The notes under the pieces are model-generated. The model was not told the origin of the DNA and searched no databases. It worked only from the letters and a program-made list of their open reading frames with translations. From a bacterium (GTDB taxonomy: Bacteria > UBA8248): a stretch of DNA of 64,000 nt. Below are positions 50,653 through 60,674 of this stretch, in pieces (the first letter of the stretch is position 1; each line of letters starts with the position of its first letter). The DNA is taken from NCBI GenBank assembly GCA_965219955.1, contig OZ244799.1, positions 96,001 to 160,000 of the forward strand, in the 5' to 3' direction. A program made the translations under genes and the position numbers.

Positions 50653-52146
50653 ATGCGCCTGGCGGACATCCGAACCCGCGCCGAGGCTTTTCTCGGCGAA
50701 TCGCGGAAGGAATGGTACGAGGTCGGCGCCGGCCTCAAGGAAGACGTGCGCCTGAGCGAGATTTTCGCCGAGTACGCCGACCTGTTCACCCGCGAGAACA
50801 TCGAGGCGCTCACCTCCTTCCACGATTCTGAGAACGATGAAGCCGAGTCCTTGAGATTGGCCGAGTTGCGCGGGTTTTTGACTTTGGCCCATATACGCGA
50901 CGCGGTTAAGGAGTCGAGCGAGCAGGCGCTTCTCTTCGAAACCAAAACCACCGTGAAAACGCCGGAGGGCGAGTCCATCCCCTACCGGCAGAGCGCCGTC
51001 GCGCTCCTGAATGAATCGGACCGCGAGAGGCGGACTTTTCTGGAAAACGCCCGCTGCGAGGCCCTGGCGGAGAAGAACGGATTTCTGGAGCAGATTCATC
51101 GCGCGACCCACTGGATGGCCGATGATTTGGGTTTCGAGGGCTACCTGGGGATGATGGCGGCGGTGAAGCGCTACCCGCTCGAGCCGGTTCGTGAAGAGAT
51201 GCAGCGCTTTCTCGAGCGCACCGAAGCGCTTTACATCGAAGCGATGGAAGAGGAACTGAGCCGGGCAGGGGTTCCTCCGGCGTCCGCGCAGCGCCACGAT
51301 GCGCAGTACTGTTTTCGGGGCGCGGAGTACGACGGCCTTTTCCCTGCGGAGAAGATCGAATCCTCGGCGCGGGAGATTTGCGCGTCGATGGGCTTGGATA
51401 TATTGGCGGAGGGCAGGGTGCGCCTCGACATCGAGGATCGTCCGCTCAAGAGCCCCCGCGCGTTTTGCGCCTCCTTAAAGGTGCCGGATGAGGTCTATCT
51501 CGTCATCAGGCCACGGGGCGGGTATGACGATTACCGCGCGTTCTGGCACGAACTCGGCCACGCCCTCCATTTCGCAGGCGTGGCGGCGGACGCGCCTTTC
51601 GAATGGAAGCGTTTGGGGGACAACTCCGTGACGGAGGGGTTCGCCATGCTCTTCGATCACCTGCTGCTCGAACCGCTCTGGCTGGAAGACGCCCTGGGCG
51701 GAGAGGCGTCGGACTACGCGGCGTTTCTGGCGCATCACGCGCTGTTCGAACTCTACATGCTCAGGCGCTACGCGGCGAAAATCGACTATGAACTCACGCT
51801 TCACCGGGGCGCTGAACTCGCGGGCAAGGACGCCGCCTACCGGGAGAAGCTGAGCGCGGCGACGGGCGTGGAATACCCTGAAATCTCCTATCTCGACGAC
51901 GTGGACCCGTTTTTCTATTGCGCGAATTACCTGAGGGCGTGGATGCTCCAGGCCCAGATGGCCGAAGTCTTGAAGACGAAGTTCGGCAGGAGGTGGTGGG
52001 CCAACCGGGAGAGCGGGGGATTCCTGATGGATATCTGGCGCGACGGCCAGCGCCACGACGGCGATTCCCTCTCCCGCCACCTAGGCTACGAGAAACTCAC
52101 CACGGAGCCGCTGGAGGCGCAGATCAGGAGCCTCATGCCGCGCTAG
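50653..52146 (+). CDS. M3-like zinc metallopeptidase
   Basis: KSPRAFC, HELGHALH, downstream EGFA. Confidence 0.78.
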   Translation: MRLADIRTRAEAFLGESRKEWYEVGAGLKEDVRLSEIFAEYADLFTRENIEALTSFHDSENDEAESLRLAELRGFLTLAHIRDAVKESSEQALLFETKTTVKTPEGESIPYRQSAVALLNESDRERRTFLENARCEALAEKNGFLEQIHRATHWMADDLGFEGYLGMMAAVKRYPLEPVREEMQRFLERTEALYIEAMEEELSRAGVPPASAQRHDAQYCFRGAEYDGLFPAEKIESSAREICASMGLDILAEGRVRLDIEDRPLKSPRAFCASLKVPDEVYLVIRPRGGYDDYRAFWHELGHALHFAGVAADAPFEWKRLGDNSVTEGFAMLFDHLLLEPLWLEDALGGEASDYAAFLAHHALFELYMLRRYAAKIDYELTLHRGAELAGKDAAYREKLSAATGVEYPEISYLDDVDPFFYCANYLRAWMLQAQMAEVLKTKFGRRWWANRESGGFLMDIWRDGQRHDGDSLSRHLGYEKLTTEPLEAQIRSLMPR

Positions 52147-52169
52147 CGGGAAAGAGGACTACCCCTACA

Positions 52170-52806
52170 GAGGTTGTTGAAAGAGACCCCTTTTCAGGGA
52201 GAGTAGAGGGGCTGCTACTCGGGGTGAGGGGTGTCGGGCGGCGTGGCGGTGCGCCGGATGAGTTCCTTGAGCGCCTCCATGTTCTCGTGGTGTTGATCTT
52301 TCTGATCTTCGCGCTGTGTGGAGAGCGCGTTCATGGTCGCGACGTGCTGAGCTTTTTGATCCTCGCGCTGGGCGGCGAACGCTTCCATGGTTGCGCGGTG
52401 CTGGTCTTTTTGCGCCTCGCGCTCGGCGGCGAGCGCCTCCATGTGTTCGCGGTGGCGGCTGTCGAGCGCCTTCATGGTCTCGCGGTGCTGGGCGTCGCGG
52501 TGGCGCGCGGCCTGGCGCATGAAGTAGAGGCCGTAGGCGATCAGGGAGCACTGCGCGGCCCCCACGATCGCGGCGACCCACACCGAGGCCTGCTGCGCCG
52601 CGAGAGAGGCTTTCTGGATGGCGAGGCTTGCGGCTTCGTATTCCGTCACTTGGTTTTCCCCCACGTTAGTGGGTCCTCATACGCGTAACTCTAATGCGCC
52701 GCCGCGCGCTTCGTCAAGACAGATCCCGGGCGGGGGAACGAGGCCGAGCGCTCTCTCTCCCCTCCTCAGGGGATGCTCATTTGACAAAGCCTTTTTCAAC
52801 AACCCC
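52170..52806. mobile_element. Gene-carrying non-autonomous element (637 bp)
   Basis: TIRs gaggttgttgaaagag / ctttttcaacaacccc; TSD ctaca at 52165-52169 and 52807-52811; encloses CDS 52215-52649. Confidence 0.8.
52215..52649 (-). CDS. Membrane-anchored coiled-coil protein with 18-aa QHxxTM repeats
   Basis: TM segment VWVAAIVGAAQCSLIAYGL; QHRETM/QHRATM/QHVATM/QHHENM repeats; LKELIRRT. Confidence 0.75.
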   Translation of the reverse strand: MTEYEAASLAIQKASLAAQQASVWVAAIVGAAQCSLIAYGLYFMRQAARHRDAQHRETMKALDSRHREHMEALAAEREAQKDQHRATMEAFAAQREDQKAQHVATMNALSTQREDQKDQHHENMEALKELIRRTATPPDTPHPE

Positions 52807-52840
52807 CTACAGGAGCGATCGCGCAGTATCCGCACAGACT

Positions 52841-53899
52841 CTAAAGCGCGACGGGCTGGCCCTCCTTGCACGAGCGGTCCGCCGCCATGGTGAGGGCGAG
52901 CACCTCTCTGGCGTGCGCGCCCGTGGCGAGTCCCACCCCGCCGATTCCCAGAATATGGCGCACGAAGGCGTCGGTCTCCTCCTTCATGGGGCCGAAGAAC
53001 TCGCCCATCACGAAATCCCCCGGCATGGCGGAGCCCAGGAAAGCCACGTTCACCTGGTGTTCGGGCGTGTAGGGGCAGGGAATCGGATCCTCGGGCGCGA
53101 GGATGACGTCCCTGTGCGCGTCGTCCACGTTCAGCGAGCCTTTCGTGCCTTGCAGGTCAATCTCCATGGTCGCCGTGTAGGCGGGCCAGTGGTGGGGCGG
53201 GAGCCAGCTCGTGCCGAGCGTGGCCACGCTCCCGTCGTCGAAGGTGACGATCATCCACTGGAAGTCGTCGCGGTTGTATTTCTTGAACACGAAGCTCGCC
53301 GCGCGGGCGTAGACCTCGACGGGTTTTTTCCCCTCCATGTACCAGAGGATGAGGTCGACCATGTAGGTGAGGGTGTTGATGGAGGGCGTGGTGTTGGGCG
53401 AGCGCCTCGCCACCGCCTCGCCCACGGCGCGCGTGACGTAGATCTTGCCGAGCGCCATCACGATGTCGCCGAGCTGTCCGGCGAAGGCCGCCTGCTTGGC
53501 GAGCAGAAAGCGCCTCCTGTAGCGCTGGGTGTAGCCCACGAAAATCTCTGCGCCCGATTCATCGGCCTTTTTGAGGATATCGTCGGCTTCATCCAGATCG
53601 AGGACGAAGGGTTTCTCGATGAGGACGGGCTTTCCGAGTTCGGCCGCCAGGGCCGCCGGGCCGTGGTGAAACTCCTCGTCCGAGGAGACGATGACGGCGC
53701 CCACGCGCTCGTCCCGTATCGCCACCTCGTATTTCTCCGTCGCCACGTCGGCTCGCACCGACTCCGCGAGGCGGTCGAGCTTCTCGGGCACGATGTCGCA
53801 CACGGCGAGGTAGTCCACCTGGGGGATTTGCGCGCAAGAATGCGCTCTCAGCGTTCCGATGCCGCCCGCGCCGATGACGGCCACTCCTGTCGTTTTCAC
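52841..53899 (-). CDS. Gfo/Idh/MocA family oxidoreductase
   Basis: VIGAGGIG, LIEKP, VGYTQR; GTG start after GAGGAG. Confidence 0.88.
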   Translation of the reverse strand: MKTTGVAVIGAGGIGTLRAHSCAQIPQVDYLAVCDIVPEKLDRLAESVRADVATEKYEVAIRDERVGAVIVSSDEEFHHGPAALAAELGKPVLIEKPFVLDLDEADDILKKADESGAEIFVGYTQRYRRRFLLAKQAAFAGQLGDIVMALGKIYVTRAVGEAVARRSPNTTPSINTLTYMVDLILWYMEGKKPVEVYARAASFVFKKYNRDDFQWMIVTFDDGSVATLGTSWLPPHHWPAYTATMEIDLQGTKGSLNVDDAHRDVILAPEDPIPCPYTPEHQVNVAFLGSAMPGDFVMGEFFGPMKEETDAFVRHILGIGGVGLATGAHAREVLALTMAADRSCKEGQPVAL

Positions 53900-53995
53900 A
53901 ATCGTCTCCTCACTTGAATTTGCATCCGGTTCATTCTGGGGGAATAATCCCCTCTGTCCAATATCAAGGTTCCCGTCATATATCTGGAGAATTCC

Positions 53996-54973
53996 ATGCG
54001 CATCGATGTTCAGACCCATCATGTACCACAAGCCTACGTGGAAGCGCTCGCCGCCCGCTCCGATTTCCCGCGCTACGAGAAAGCGGAGGATTTCTGGTGG
54101 GCGTGGGCGAGCCCGTCGCAAAAACTCCCGATGCGGCTTCCCGCCCTGGACATCGGCATCAAGCTCGCCGAGATGGATGAGCAGGAAATCGATATTGCCC
54201 TAATCAGCATCAACATTCCAGGCCCGGACCTCGCCAAAAACCCGAAAGACGCGGACGAACTCGCGAGAATCGGGAACGACGGCCTCGCCGAGGCGGCGGC
54301 TCGCCACCCGGAGCGCTTCCGCGGGGTGGCGTCGCTCGGTTTCGGCGACATGGACGCGACCTGCCGAGAACTGGAGCGCTGCGTGGACGAACTCGGTTTC
54401 GTGGGCCTCCAGGTGTTCGCCTACATCGGCGGCGAACGCTACATCGACGACGCGGCCCATGAACCCCTGTGGGGGCTTCTGGCCGAGCGCGGCGTGCCGC
54501 TCGTGCTGCATCCGGGGCCTTCTCCCTCGGGGCCGCATTATGAGGATCACTGGCTGGGGCCGATGATAGGCTTCATGTTCGATGAATGCCTGGCGGCGCT
54601 GCGGCTCATCCTGAGCGGCGTGCTGGAGCGACACCCCGGCCTCAAGGTGCTCCTGCCGCACGGGGGCGCGTCGCTTCCGCTGTTCATCGGGCGGGTGGAC
54701 AACCTGAGTTCGCGCTACCGCGACGATCAGGATCTCATCACGCGCGACCCGAGCGAATACTTCGCGCGCTTCTATACGGATACGGTGGTCCATTCCCAAA
54801 CGGCGCTCGAGTTCTCCTTACAGGAGATGGGCGCGTCGCGCATGATGTTCGCGAGCGACGCCCCCTGGGTTCCCGTGAAGCGCCACGCCGACATGATGGA
54901 CGCGCTCGATGTTTCCGCGGAAGACGCGGAGCGAATCTGGAGCGGCACGGCGAGGGAGTTTTTCGGATTGTAG
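53996..54973 (+). CDS. Amidohydrolase_2 family protein (ACMSD-like decarboxylase/hydratase)
   Basis: ID.QTH, LHP, PHGG, FYTD, FASD.P. Confidence 0.87.
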   Translation: MRIDVQTHHVPQAYVEALAARSDFPRYEKAEDFWWAWASPSQKLPMRLPALDIGIKLAEMDEQEIDIALISINIPGPDLAKNPKDADELARIGNDGLAEAAARHPERFRGVASLGFGDMDATCRELERCVDELGFVGLQVFAYIGGERYIDDAAHEPLWGLLAERGVPLVLHPGPSPSGPHYEDHWLGPMIGFMFDECLAALRLILSGVLERHPGLKVLLPHGGASLPLFIGRVDNLSSRYRDDQDLITRDPSEYFARFYTDTVVHSQTALEFSLQEMGASRMMFASDAPWVPVKRHADMMDALDVSAEDAERIWSGTAREFFGL

Positions 54974-54988
54974 CGCGCGCCGCTCACG

Positions 54989-55119
54989 GGGGTTGTTGAA
55001 AAAGCCCTGATAAACGAGGGTTTGACGCGATCGGGGAGGGGGCGGTTTTGTAGGGGCCGCATACATGCGGCCCTTGTAGTGGGTGAAGAAACCAGGGTCG
55101 CATATATGCGACCCCTACA
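54989..55119. repeat. Left TIR plus GTAG REP doublet
   Basis: ggggttgttgaaaaagccc...gtaggggccgcatacatgcggccc...gggtcgcatatatgcgacccctac; near copy of 17121-17250. Confidence 0.85.
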
Positions 55120-55160
55120 CACGAACAAATTTTCCCTTTTCGGGTTGTAGTGCGTCCGCC

Positions 55161-55616
55161 TCAGGCGTCGCTTCTGAGCAGCATGCGCTTCACGTCGTAT
55201 TCGAGCACGACCTCGCCGTTCTGGTTTAGCACCCTCTGGTGCGTTGCGACGACGCCGCGATCGGGCCTGCTTCTGGAGGGGCGCACGTCGGTCGTCTCGA
55301 CTTCGACCGTGAGCGTATCGCCCACGTAGACCGGCGCGCGCGCCACGAGGCCGTCCACGCCCAGAAGCGCGATGGCGTAATCGTGCAATACGCCCGTCTG
55401 GACGATGAGCGTGTCCGCGATGCCGCAGGTGAAAAGGGCCGGGGCCATGCGCCTTTCATGGCCCTTATCCCGCAAGAACTCCATGTCGAGGAACAGGCTT
55501 TCCGTATAGCCCACGAGGTTCACGTAGTTCACCACGTCGGTCTCGGTGATGGTCCTGCCACGGGTGGTGAACTTGTTCCCGACTTCCCATTTTTCGAACG
55601 CAACGCCTTCGCTCAT
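55161..55616 (-). CDS. MaoC-like hot-dog dehydratase
   Basis: GRTITETD, PVYVGDTL, RGVV, NQNGEVV. Confidence 0.85.
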   Translation of the reverse strand: MSEGVAFEKWEVGNKFTTRGRTITETDVVNYVNLVGYTESLFLDMEFLRDKGHERRMAPALFTCGIADTLIVQTGVLHDYAIALLGVDGLVARAPVYVGDTLTVEVETTDVRPSRSRPDRGVVATHQRVLNQNGEVVLEYDVKRMLLRSDA

Positions 55617-55789
55617 GAAACCTGAAACCTCCTGAGTATTTGTATGAGTCAACGGGAGGCGATTCTACAGGCGGGGGATGGAATCTTCAAAGTTCACGGG
55701 GGGTTTGATCGTCGGGGCGGGAAGCAAGAGGCGTGATGAATGGGGTTCGAGCGATCACTGCCGAATCTGGATAGAAGTCGGAGCGTAAC

Positions 55790-56108
55790 GGGCCTGTTGA
55801 AAAACTCCCTCATCGGATTTTCCCTGCAATCCCGCCTTCCCGTCTTCCTCATCCTGAGTAGCGGCCCTTCGACAGGCTCAGGACAGGCTCCCTCGACTTC
55901 GCTCGGGACAAGCTCCGCCCCCCTGCCTTCCTCATCCTGAGTAGCCGCCGAAGGCGGCGTATCGAAGGATGTCTTCTCGTTCGCCGCGAGTCGCCTCCCA
56001 TCCTTCGATACGGCGCTTGCGCGCCTACTCAGGATGAGGCTCGTTTGCGGCGTGCGCTCCGGGACCCGTCATACGTCCGATCCCGAAGCCGGTTTTTTCA
56101 ACAGCCCC
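55790..56108. mobile_element. MITE (319 bp) carrying CTCATCCTGAG/CTTCGA-type REPs
   Basis: gggcctgttgaaaaac / ttttttcaacagcccc; TSD gtaac at 55785-55789 and 56109-56113. Confidence 0.85.
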
Positions 56109-56282
56109 GTAACGGGTCGTCGAAACCAGCGCGAAAGGCGCTTTGGGATGAAACAGGGTAATCATCAAAATATCAATAAGTTAGATGAGATGGAACCCGG
56201 CGGCGTCGAATAGTATAATTATCGAGTCGCCGGTTCACGTCTTTTCCCGGCAAACGGGTAAAGTTACAGGGGAGACGGACAG

Positions 56283-57035
56283 ATGAAGCGCTATGGGGTC
56301 ATCATCGCGTTGAGCGTTTTGGCGGTTGTTTTTCTGGTGAACGACGCGGCGGCGGACAGGCGCCACGACCGGCGCCAGGGAATCAAGCGGCATCATAAAT
56401 ACAAATCGCACCGGCGCCACAAAGCGCGTCAGCATCGCAAATGGCGTCGCCATCACCGCCGTCCCCGCGTGATCGTTCGCCACAGGTACTGGTACGGCCC
56501 CGGCGTCGTCGCTCCGGTCTGGTACGGCTATCCGGTCTGGACCGGCCCGCGCGTCATCTACCGGTCCTCCCCGCGCGAGCGCTATGTCTATCATTCGGCG
56601 GGCGATGATTGCGCGGTCTATTACGCGAACAACGACAACGAGGTTCTCGGCTCGGTGATCGGCGCGATCGGCGGCGGCGTCATCGGGCATCAACTCGGCG
56701 GAGGAAGCGGCAAGGCGCTCTCCACCTTCGCGGGCGTGCTTCTCGGCAGCGTGGTGGGCGGACAGATCGGACGCGACCTGGACGAGGCCGAACGGCTCAG
56801 GCTCGCGAGCGCCACGCAGTACGCGCTCGAGAACCAGCGCTCCGGCACGCGCACCGTGTGGGACAACCCCGACAGGCGGGTGTGCGGCGTCGTGGTTCCC
56901 AGGCCGGCCTTCAAGAACGAGCTCGACCAGTACTGCCGGGAGTTCCAGCAGACGATTGTCATCGGCGGCAAAAAGCAAAACGCCTACGGCACCGCCTGCA
57001 GGCAGCCCGACGGCCAGTGGAAGATCGCCAACTAG
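56283..57035 (+). CDS. Glycine-zipper surface antigen (Rickettsia 17-kDa antigen-like) with His/Arg-rich N-terminus
   Basis: Signal peptide, GAIGGGVIG...GG.IG..LD, W.NPD, YCREF, GTACRQPDGQWK. Confidence 0.88.
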   Translation: MKRYGVIIALSVLAVVFLVNDAAADRRHDRRQGIKRHHKYKSHRRHKARQHRKWRRHHRRPRVIVRHRYWYGPGVVAPVWYGYPVWTGPRVIYRSSPRERYVYHSAGDDCAVYYANNDNEVLGSVIGAIGGGVIGHQLGGGSGKALSTFAGVLLGSVVGGQIGRDLDEAERLRLASATQYALENQRSGTRTVWDNPDRRVCGVVVPRPAFKNELDQYCREFQQTIVIGGKKQNAYGTACRQPDGQWKIAN

Positions 57036-57050
57036 CCGGCTGACGCTTAA

Positions 57051-57608
57051 GGGGTTGTTGTAAAAGTTCTCCTCGCTCGGAATTGACCACCGCCGTCATT
57101 CCGGCAATCAATGCCGACCGAGGAGGGAGGGATTGCCCGGAATCCATTCTCAAGCGGGTTGATAATACTCCGGCTTTCCATCTCCCCGTCATTGGCGGGA
57201 ATTAATCAGGAAATAAAAAACAAAGGCAAAACAAATGGATTCCGGCGAACCCTCATTTACCAATCGGGTTCGACCTCCCGCATTGGTCGGCTCCGACACC
57301 GGAATGACGAACAAAACCAAATTCGCCCGTAGCGGACAGGCTCCTGCGCCTGTCCGTGGCCTCCGTGCCTGTCCTGCCTTTGGTGGTTGTCCTTCGTGAG
57401 GACAGGCACGGAGGCCTGTCCCTACAAAACCATCGCGCCTGCGCCGCGTGAACCTCCATGCCGCCGACCCCGAAACAGGTTTTTTCAACAGCCTCGCATT
57501 AGGCGCGATTGACCTTCGATACGCGGCTTCGCCGCTACTCAGGATGAGGCGGCCGGGGAGACCCTGCGCACCGAATCACGAAATCAGGGTTTACTCAAGA
57601 AATCCCCA
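57051..57608. repeat. REP mosaic with TIRs (57051-57495) and loop-expanded CGTC REPs
   Basis: ggggttgttgtaaaag ... ttttttcaacagcctc; left part homologous to 11255-11450, right part to 22660-22808. Confidence 0.8.
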
Positions 57609-57613
57609 AGTCC

Positions 57614-58654
57614 CTAATCCATCACGATGACCGCGCGGCCCGTGACGGCCGCTGCTTCCAGCCGTTCGTGTACCTTTTCCACCTCTTCGACGTTGAACGA
57701 GTAGGTTTCCGTCACCACGGGCCAGACGTCGCCCCGCGCCACCAGGTCTAGCGATTCCTTGAGTTCCTGTTTCGAACAGTATCGGCTGCCCAGGAGTTCG
57801 AGTTCTTTGGTCACCATATTGCGCGCCGCGGCCTGGAACGCCTGTCCCGTGCCGCCGAGCGTCACGAGGCGACCACCGGTTCCCAGGGATTGAATGCCCG
57901 CTTCCATCGTGGAGGCGGAGGAGACGAAGTCGACCACCACGTCCACGCCCTTGCCGTTCGTCAAGTCCATCAGCGCGCCCGCCACGTCGCCCTGGGATGC
58001 GTCGACGGCCTCGTCCGCGCCCACGTCGCGGCACTTGCCGAGCTTGTTCGCCGCGACGTCCACGGCGATGACCCTCGCGTGCGCCCACTTCGCCATCATC
58101 ACCATGTGGATGCCCACGCCGCCGCCCGCGCCGATGACGGCCACGTTCTCGAGCGGCGCGATGCGCGAGCGCTTCGTTACTTTATACGGGGTGGCTATCG
58201 CGTCGCAGATGACGGAGACCTCCGCCGCGTTGTTCTCGTAATCCAGCCCGGCGGGGATTTTGATGAAATTCCGCGCGGGCAGCTTGATGTATTCGGCATA
58301 GGCGCCCTGCACCTGGCGGCCGATGTAGCCCGTAAAGTTCTCGCACAGCGTTTCGCGGTTGATGAGGCACCACTTGCACCTCCCGCACGTGACGTAGAAG
58401 TGCGCGGTCACCGCGTCGCCCTCCTGAAGGCCCTCCACGCCCTCGCCCACGGCGGTGATGATGGCGGTGATCTCGTGCCCGATGATGAGGGGATAGGTCA
58501 CATCGGGCACGCGGCCCATGCGGGCGTGGTGGATGGTCAGCCCGGCGCCGCACGCCAGCACCTTCGCGACCGCCTCCCCAGGCCCCGCCACGGGGTCCGG
58601 ATATTCTTCCTCGACAAAGGGTTTTCCCGGTTCTCTCAGCACCATCGCCTTCAA
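57614..58654 (-). CDS. Zn-binding alcohol dehydrogenase family (MDR)
   Basis: GHEI, CGRCKWC...C, GAGGGVG. Confidence 0.88.
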   Translation of the reverse strand: MKAMVLREPGKPFVEEEYPDPVAGPGEAVAKVLACGAGLTIHHARMGRVPDVTYPLIIGHEITAIITAVGEGVEGLQEGDAVTAHFYVTCGRCKWCLINRETLCENFTGYIGRQVQGAYAEYIKLPARNFIKIPAGLDYENNAAEVSVICDAIATPYKVTKRSRIAPLENVAVIGAGGGVGIHMVMMAKWAHARVIAVDVAANKLGKCRDVGADEAVDASQGDVAGALMDLTNGKGVDVVVDFVSSASTMEAGIQSLGTGGRLVTLGGTGQAFQAAARNMVTKELELLGSRYCSKQELKESLDLVARGDVWPVVTETYSFNVEEVEKVHERLEAAAVTGRAVIVMD

Positions 58655-58783
58655 GGGGCGTCCTCCTCAAGTAAATGAATGGGATTTCAGCCACGCGATT
58701 ACACCACACGGGCGAGTGGCTAGGCAACGAGGAGCGGATGGCGTACCCTCACGGGGCGGCGCCCGAAGGGAAAGCGAGAGAAG

Positions 58784-59167
58784 ATGAACGAACCCCCCGT
58801 AAGTGAAGAGAGAGTGTTCGACGCGAATCGTGCGGCCAGGACCACGCTGCTGGTCGGCGCGTTGCTCGCCGTCTTCACCGTGTCTGCGATGTATATGAAC
58901 CAGCCGGGCAGGGTGGGCTACGGCTGGGCGACGCTGGCGGCGGGGGCGGCCTTGTGCGCCTTTGGCCTGGCGACCCTGCGGGGGCTTGCGTGGTGCTGTT
59001 ACCTCTCGGTCCTGGTGCTGGGCGCCTTCGATTTCATCTGGATGGTGCGTGTGCTCGAGGGTTTCGACGTGGGACTCGCCATCTGGATAGCGATATGCTT
59101 TTTCGCCATCCGCGAAATCTGGCCGGGGGTCGACGAGAAATTCCCGTGGGTGAAGCGCAATCCCTGA
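58784..59167 (+). CDS. Small membrane protein (about 4 TM)
   Basis: Four hydrophobic segments; fills the gap between neighbouring genes. Confidence 0.6.
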   Translation: MNEPPVSEERVFDANRAARTTLLVGALLAVFTVSAMYMNQPGRVGYGWATLAAGAALCAFGLATLRGLAWCCYLSVLVLGAFDFIWMVRVLEGFDVGLAIWIAICFFAIREIWPGVDEKFPWVKRNP

Positions 59168-59182
59168 GGGCGCGTCCGATTC

Positions 59183-59423
59183 GGGCCTGTTGAAAAAAAG
59201 TCCCCTGCTCAGGGGATAAAGGCAATCCCCCTACCCCCCTTGACAGGGGGGTAAAAAAAGCGATGCGCCCCCGCCGGGCTGAGGGGGTTTTGTTTTTTCT
59301 TGCCCCCCTGTCAAGGGGGGTAGGGGGGGTTGCTCGAAGCGGCGAGAAGCAAGAGAAACACGACCTCCTTCCCGGTCGGCGCCATGCGCCGAATCACGGA
59401 ATCAGGACTTTTTCAACAACCCC
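59183..59423. mobile_element. MITE-like element carrying CCCCCT-N-AGGGGG hairpins
   Basis: gggcctgttgaaaaaa / ctttttcaacaacccc; no clean TSD. Confidence 0.7.
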
Positions 59424-59534
59424 TACGGGCCGCTTTGCCGACCATTCGGTGGTCACCTGGGAGTGAATCGAGAGAACTCGGCGGGGAGTGCCGAGAGCCT
59501 GCGCCGCCGCGTGACCCTCCATACCGCCCGTAGC

Positions 59535-60653
59535 CTAAGCCGGGGTATTCAACAATTCCATCACGTAGCGAACGCACTCGAAATGACGCGGTTCATTGCC
59601 AGGCGCGAAACCGGGCGCGTTCAACGCCCATAGCGGCACGACGCTTTCGTGCACAGAGCCGTGGCTTCTGAGCCTGACCTCGCGCTCGGCCTCCTCCATC
59701 ACGCCGAATACGGTCTCGGAATCCGCCAGCACCATGACCTCGCCCACCCGCCCGGGCATGAGTTGAAAGCGCGCGGCGGCTTCTTCGCGCGTGAGCGCAT
59801 CGTCGATCCCCGGATGCGCTTTCAGGATGGCGACGGCGTCGGCGAGAGTCTCCCCGTTTTCCAGGTGAACGTAGGCCGCGCCGCCCTGGTTGCCGTGGTG
59901 GACGACGTAGCGGTCCTTGATGATGGGGACGGCCTCTGCGCCGACGCCCTCAGCTCTCAGAATGACGCCGGGATCGAGCGCCCGTGTTTTATCAAGCATC
60001 CCGTGGTCGGCGGTGACGAAGACCGTCCCGTCCTTGTGAATACGCAACCAGCTATCGACGAGCCTTCCGACTTCCGCATCGAGCGCGGCGTGGTGCGCCT
60101 GCGCTTCTGCGTGCTCAGGCGCGTATTTGTGCTGCAGGTAGTCCGTTGTGGTGACGTAGAGAAGGTCCGGCTTTTGCTCTTCCAGCACTGCACGCGCCGC
60201 TCGCAGGAGCCAGAGGTTCACGGCCCCGCTGTATATCTCCTCTTTCGCGCCCGCTTTCCGGGTGAGCCATTCCGGCGGATCTTCTGCGGTGACGACAGTC
60301 CGCGCCCCTTTCCCTATCATGTCGCAGAGCTTTTGCTTGGAGGCCAGAACGGCTGTCGCGCGACCAGTCGCGCTGCCCGTCTCCATGAGGGTGGGCGCGA
60401 GAACGAAATCCCCCGATTCCATATAGACTTCCTCGCCCGTCTCTGGGTTCAGGAAGTAGTTGGCCGTTATGCCGTGCGCGGCGGGGGGCGCGCCGCAGAT
60501 CATCGAGACGTTGTTCACGTTGGTGACCGAGGGCATCTGGCAGGAAACGGTGTAGCGTGCGCCCTCGCTCGCGATTTTGTCCAGGTTCGGCGTCGGGGAG
60601 GCTTCGAAATAGGCAGGGTCGCCGCCGTCGATCAGGATGATGAGAGCGCGCAT
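59535..60653 (-). CDS. Alkaline phosphatase superfamily, phosphonoacetate hydrolase-like
   Basis: IDG, MPSVTNVNNVS, HGI.AN, TTDYLQHKY.P, TADHGM, RSHG. Confidence 0.82.
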   Translation of the reverse strand: MRALIILIDGGDPAYFEASPTPNLDKIASEGARYTVSCQMPSVTNVNNVSMICGAPPAAHGITANYFLNPETGEEVYMESGDFVLAPTLMETGSATGRATAVLASKQKLCDMIGKGARTVVTAEDPPEWLTRKAGAKEEIYSGAVNLWLLRAARAVLEEQKPDLLYVTTTDYLQHKYAPEHAEAQAHHAALDAEVGRLVDSWLRIHKDGTVFVTADHGMLDKTRALDPGVILRAEGVGAEAVPIIKDRYVVHHGNQGGAAYVHLENGETLADAVAILKAHPGIDDALTREEAAARFQLMPGRVGEVMVLADSETVFGVMEEAEREVRLRSHGSVHESVVPLWALNAPGFAPGNEPRHFECVRYVMELLNTPA

Positions 60654-60674
60654 TTTGAATTGACAGCCGGGAGA

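Noticed and set aside
59178-59428. Target-site duplication around the 59 kb element (also the 57051-57495 and 19377-20292 elements)
   Set aside because: Flanks (gattc versus tacgg, cttaa versus gcatt) do not match, so no TSD is claimed
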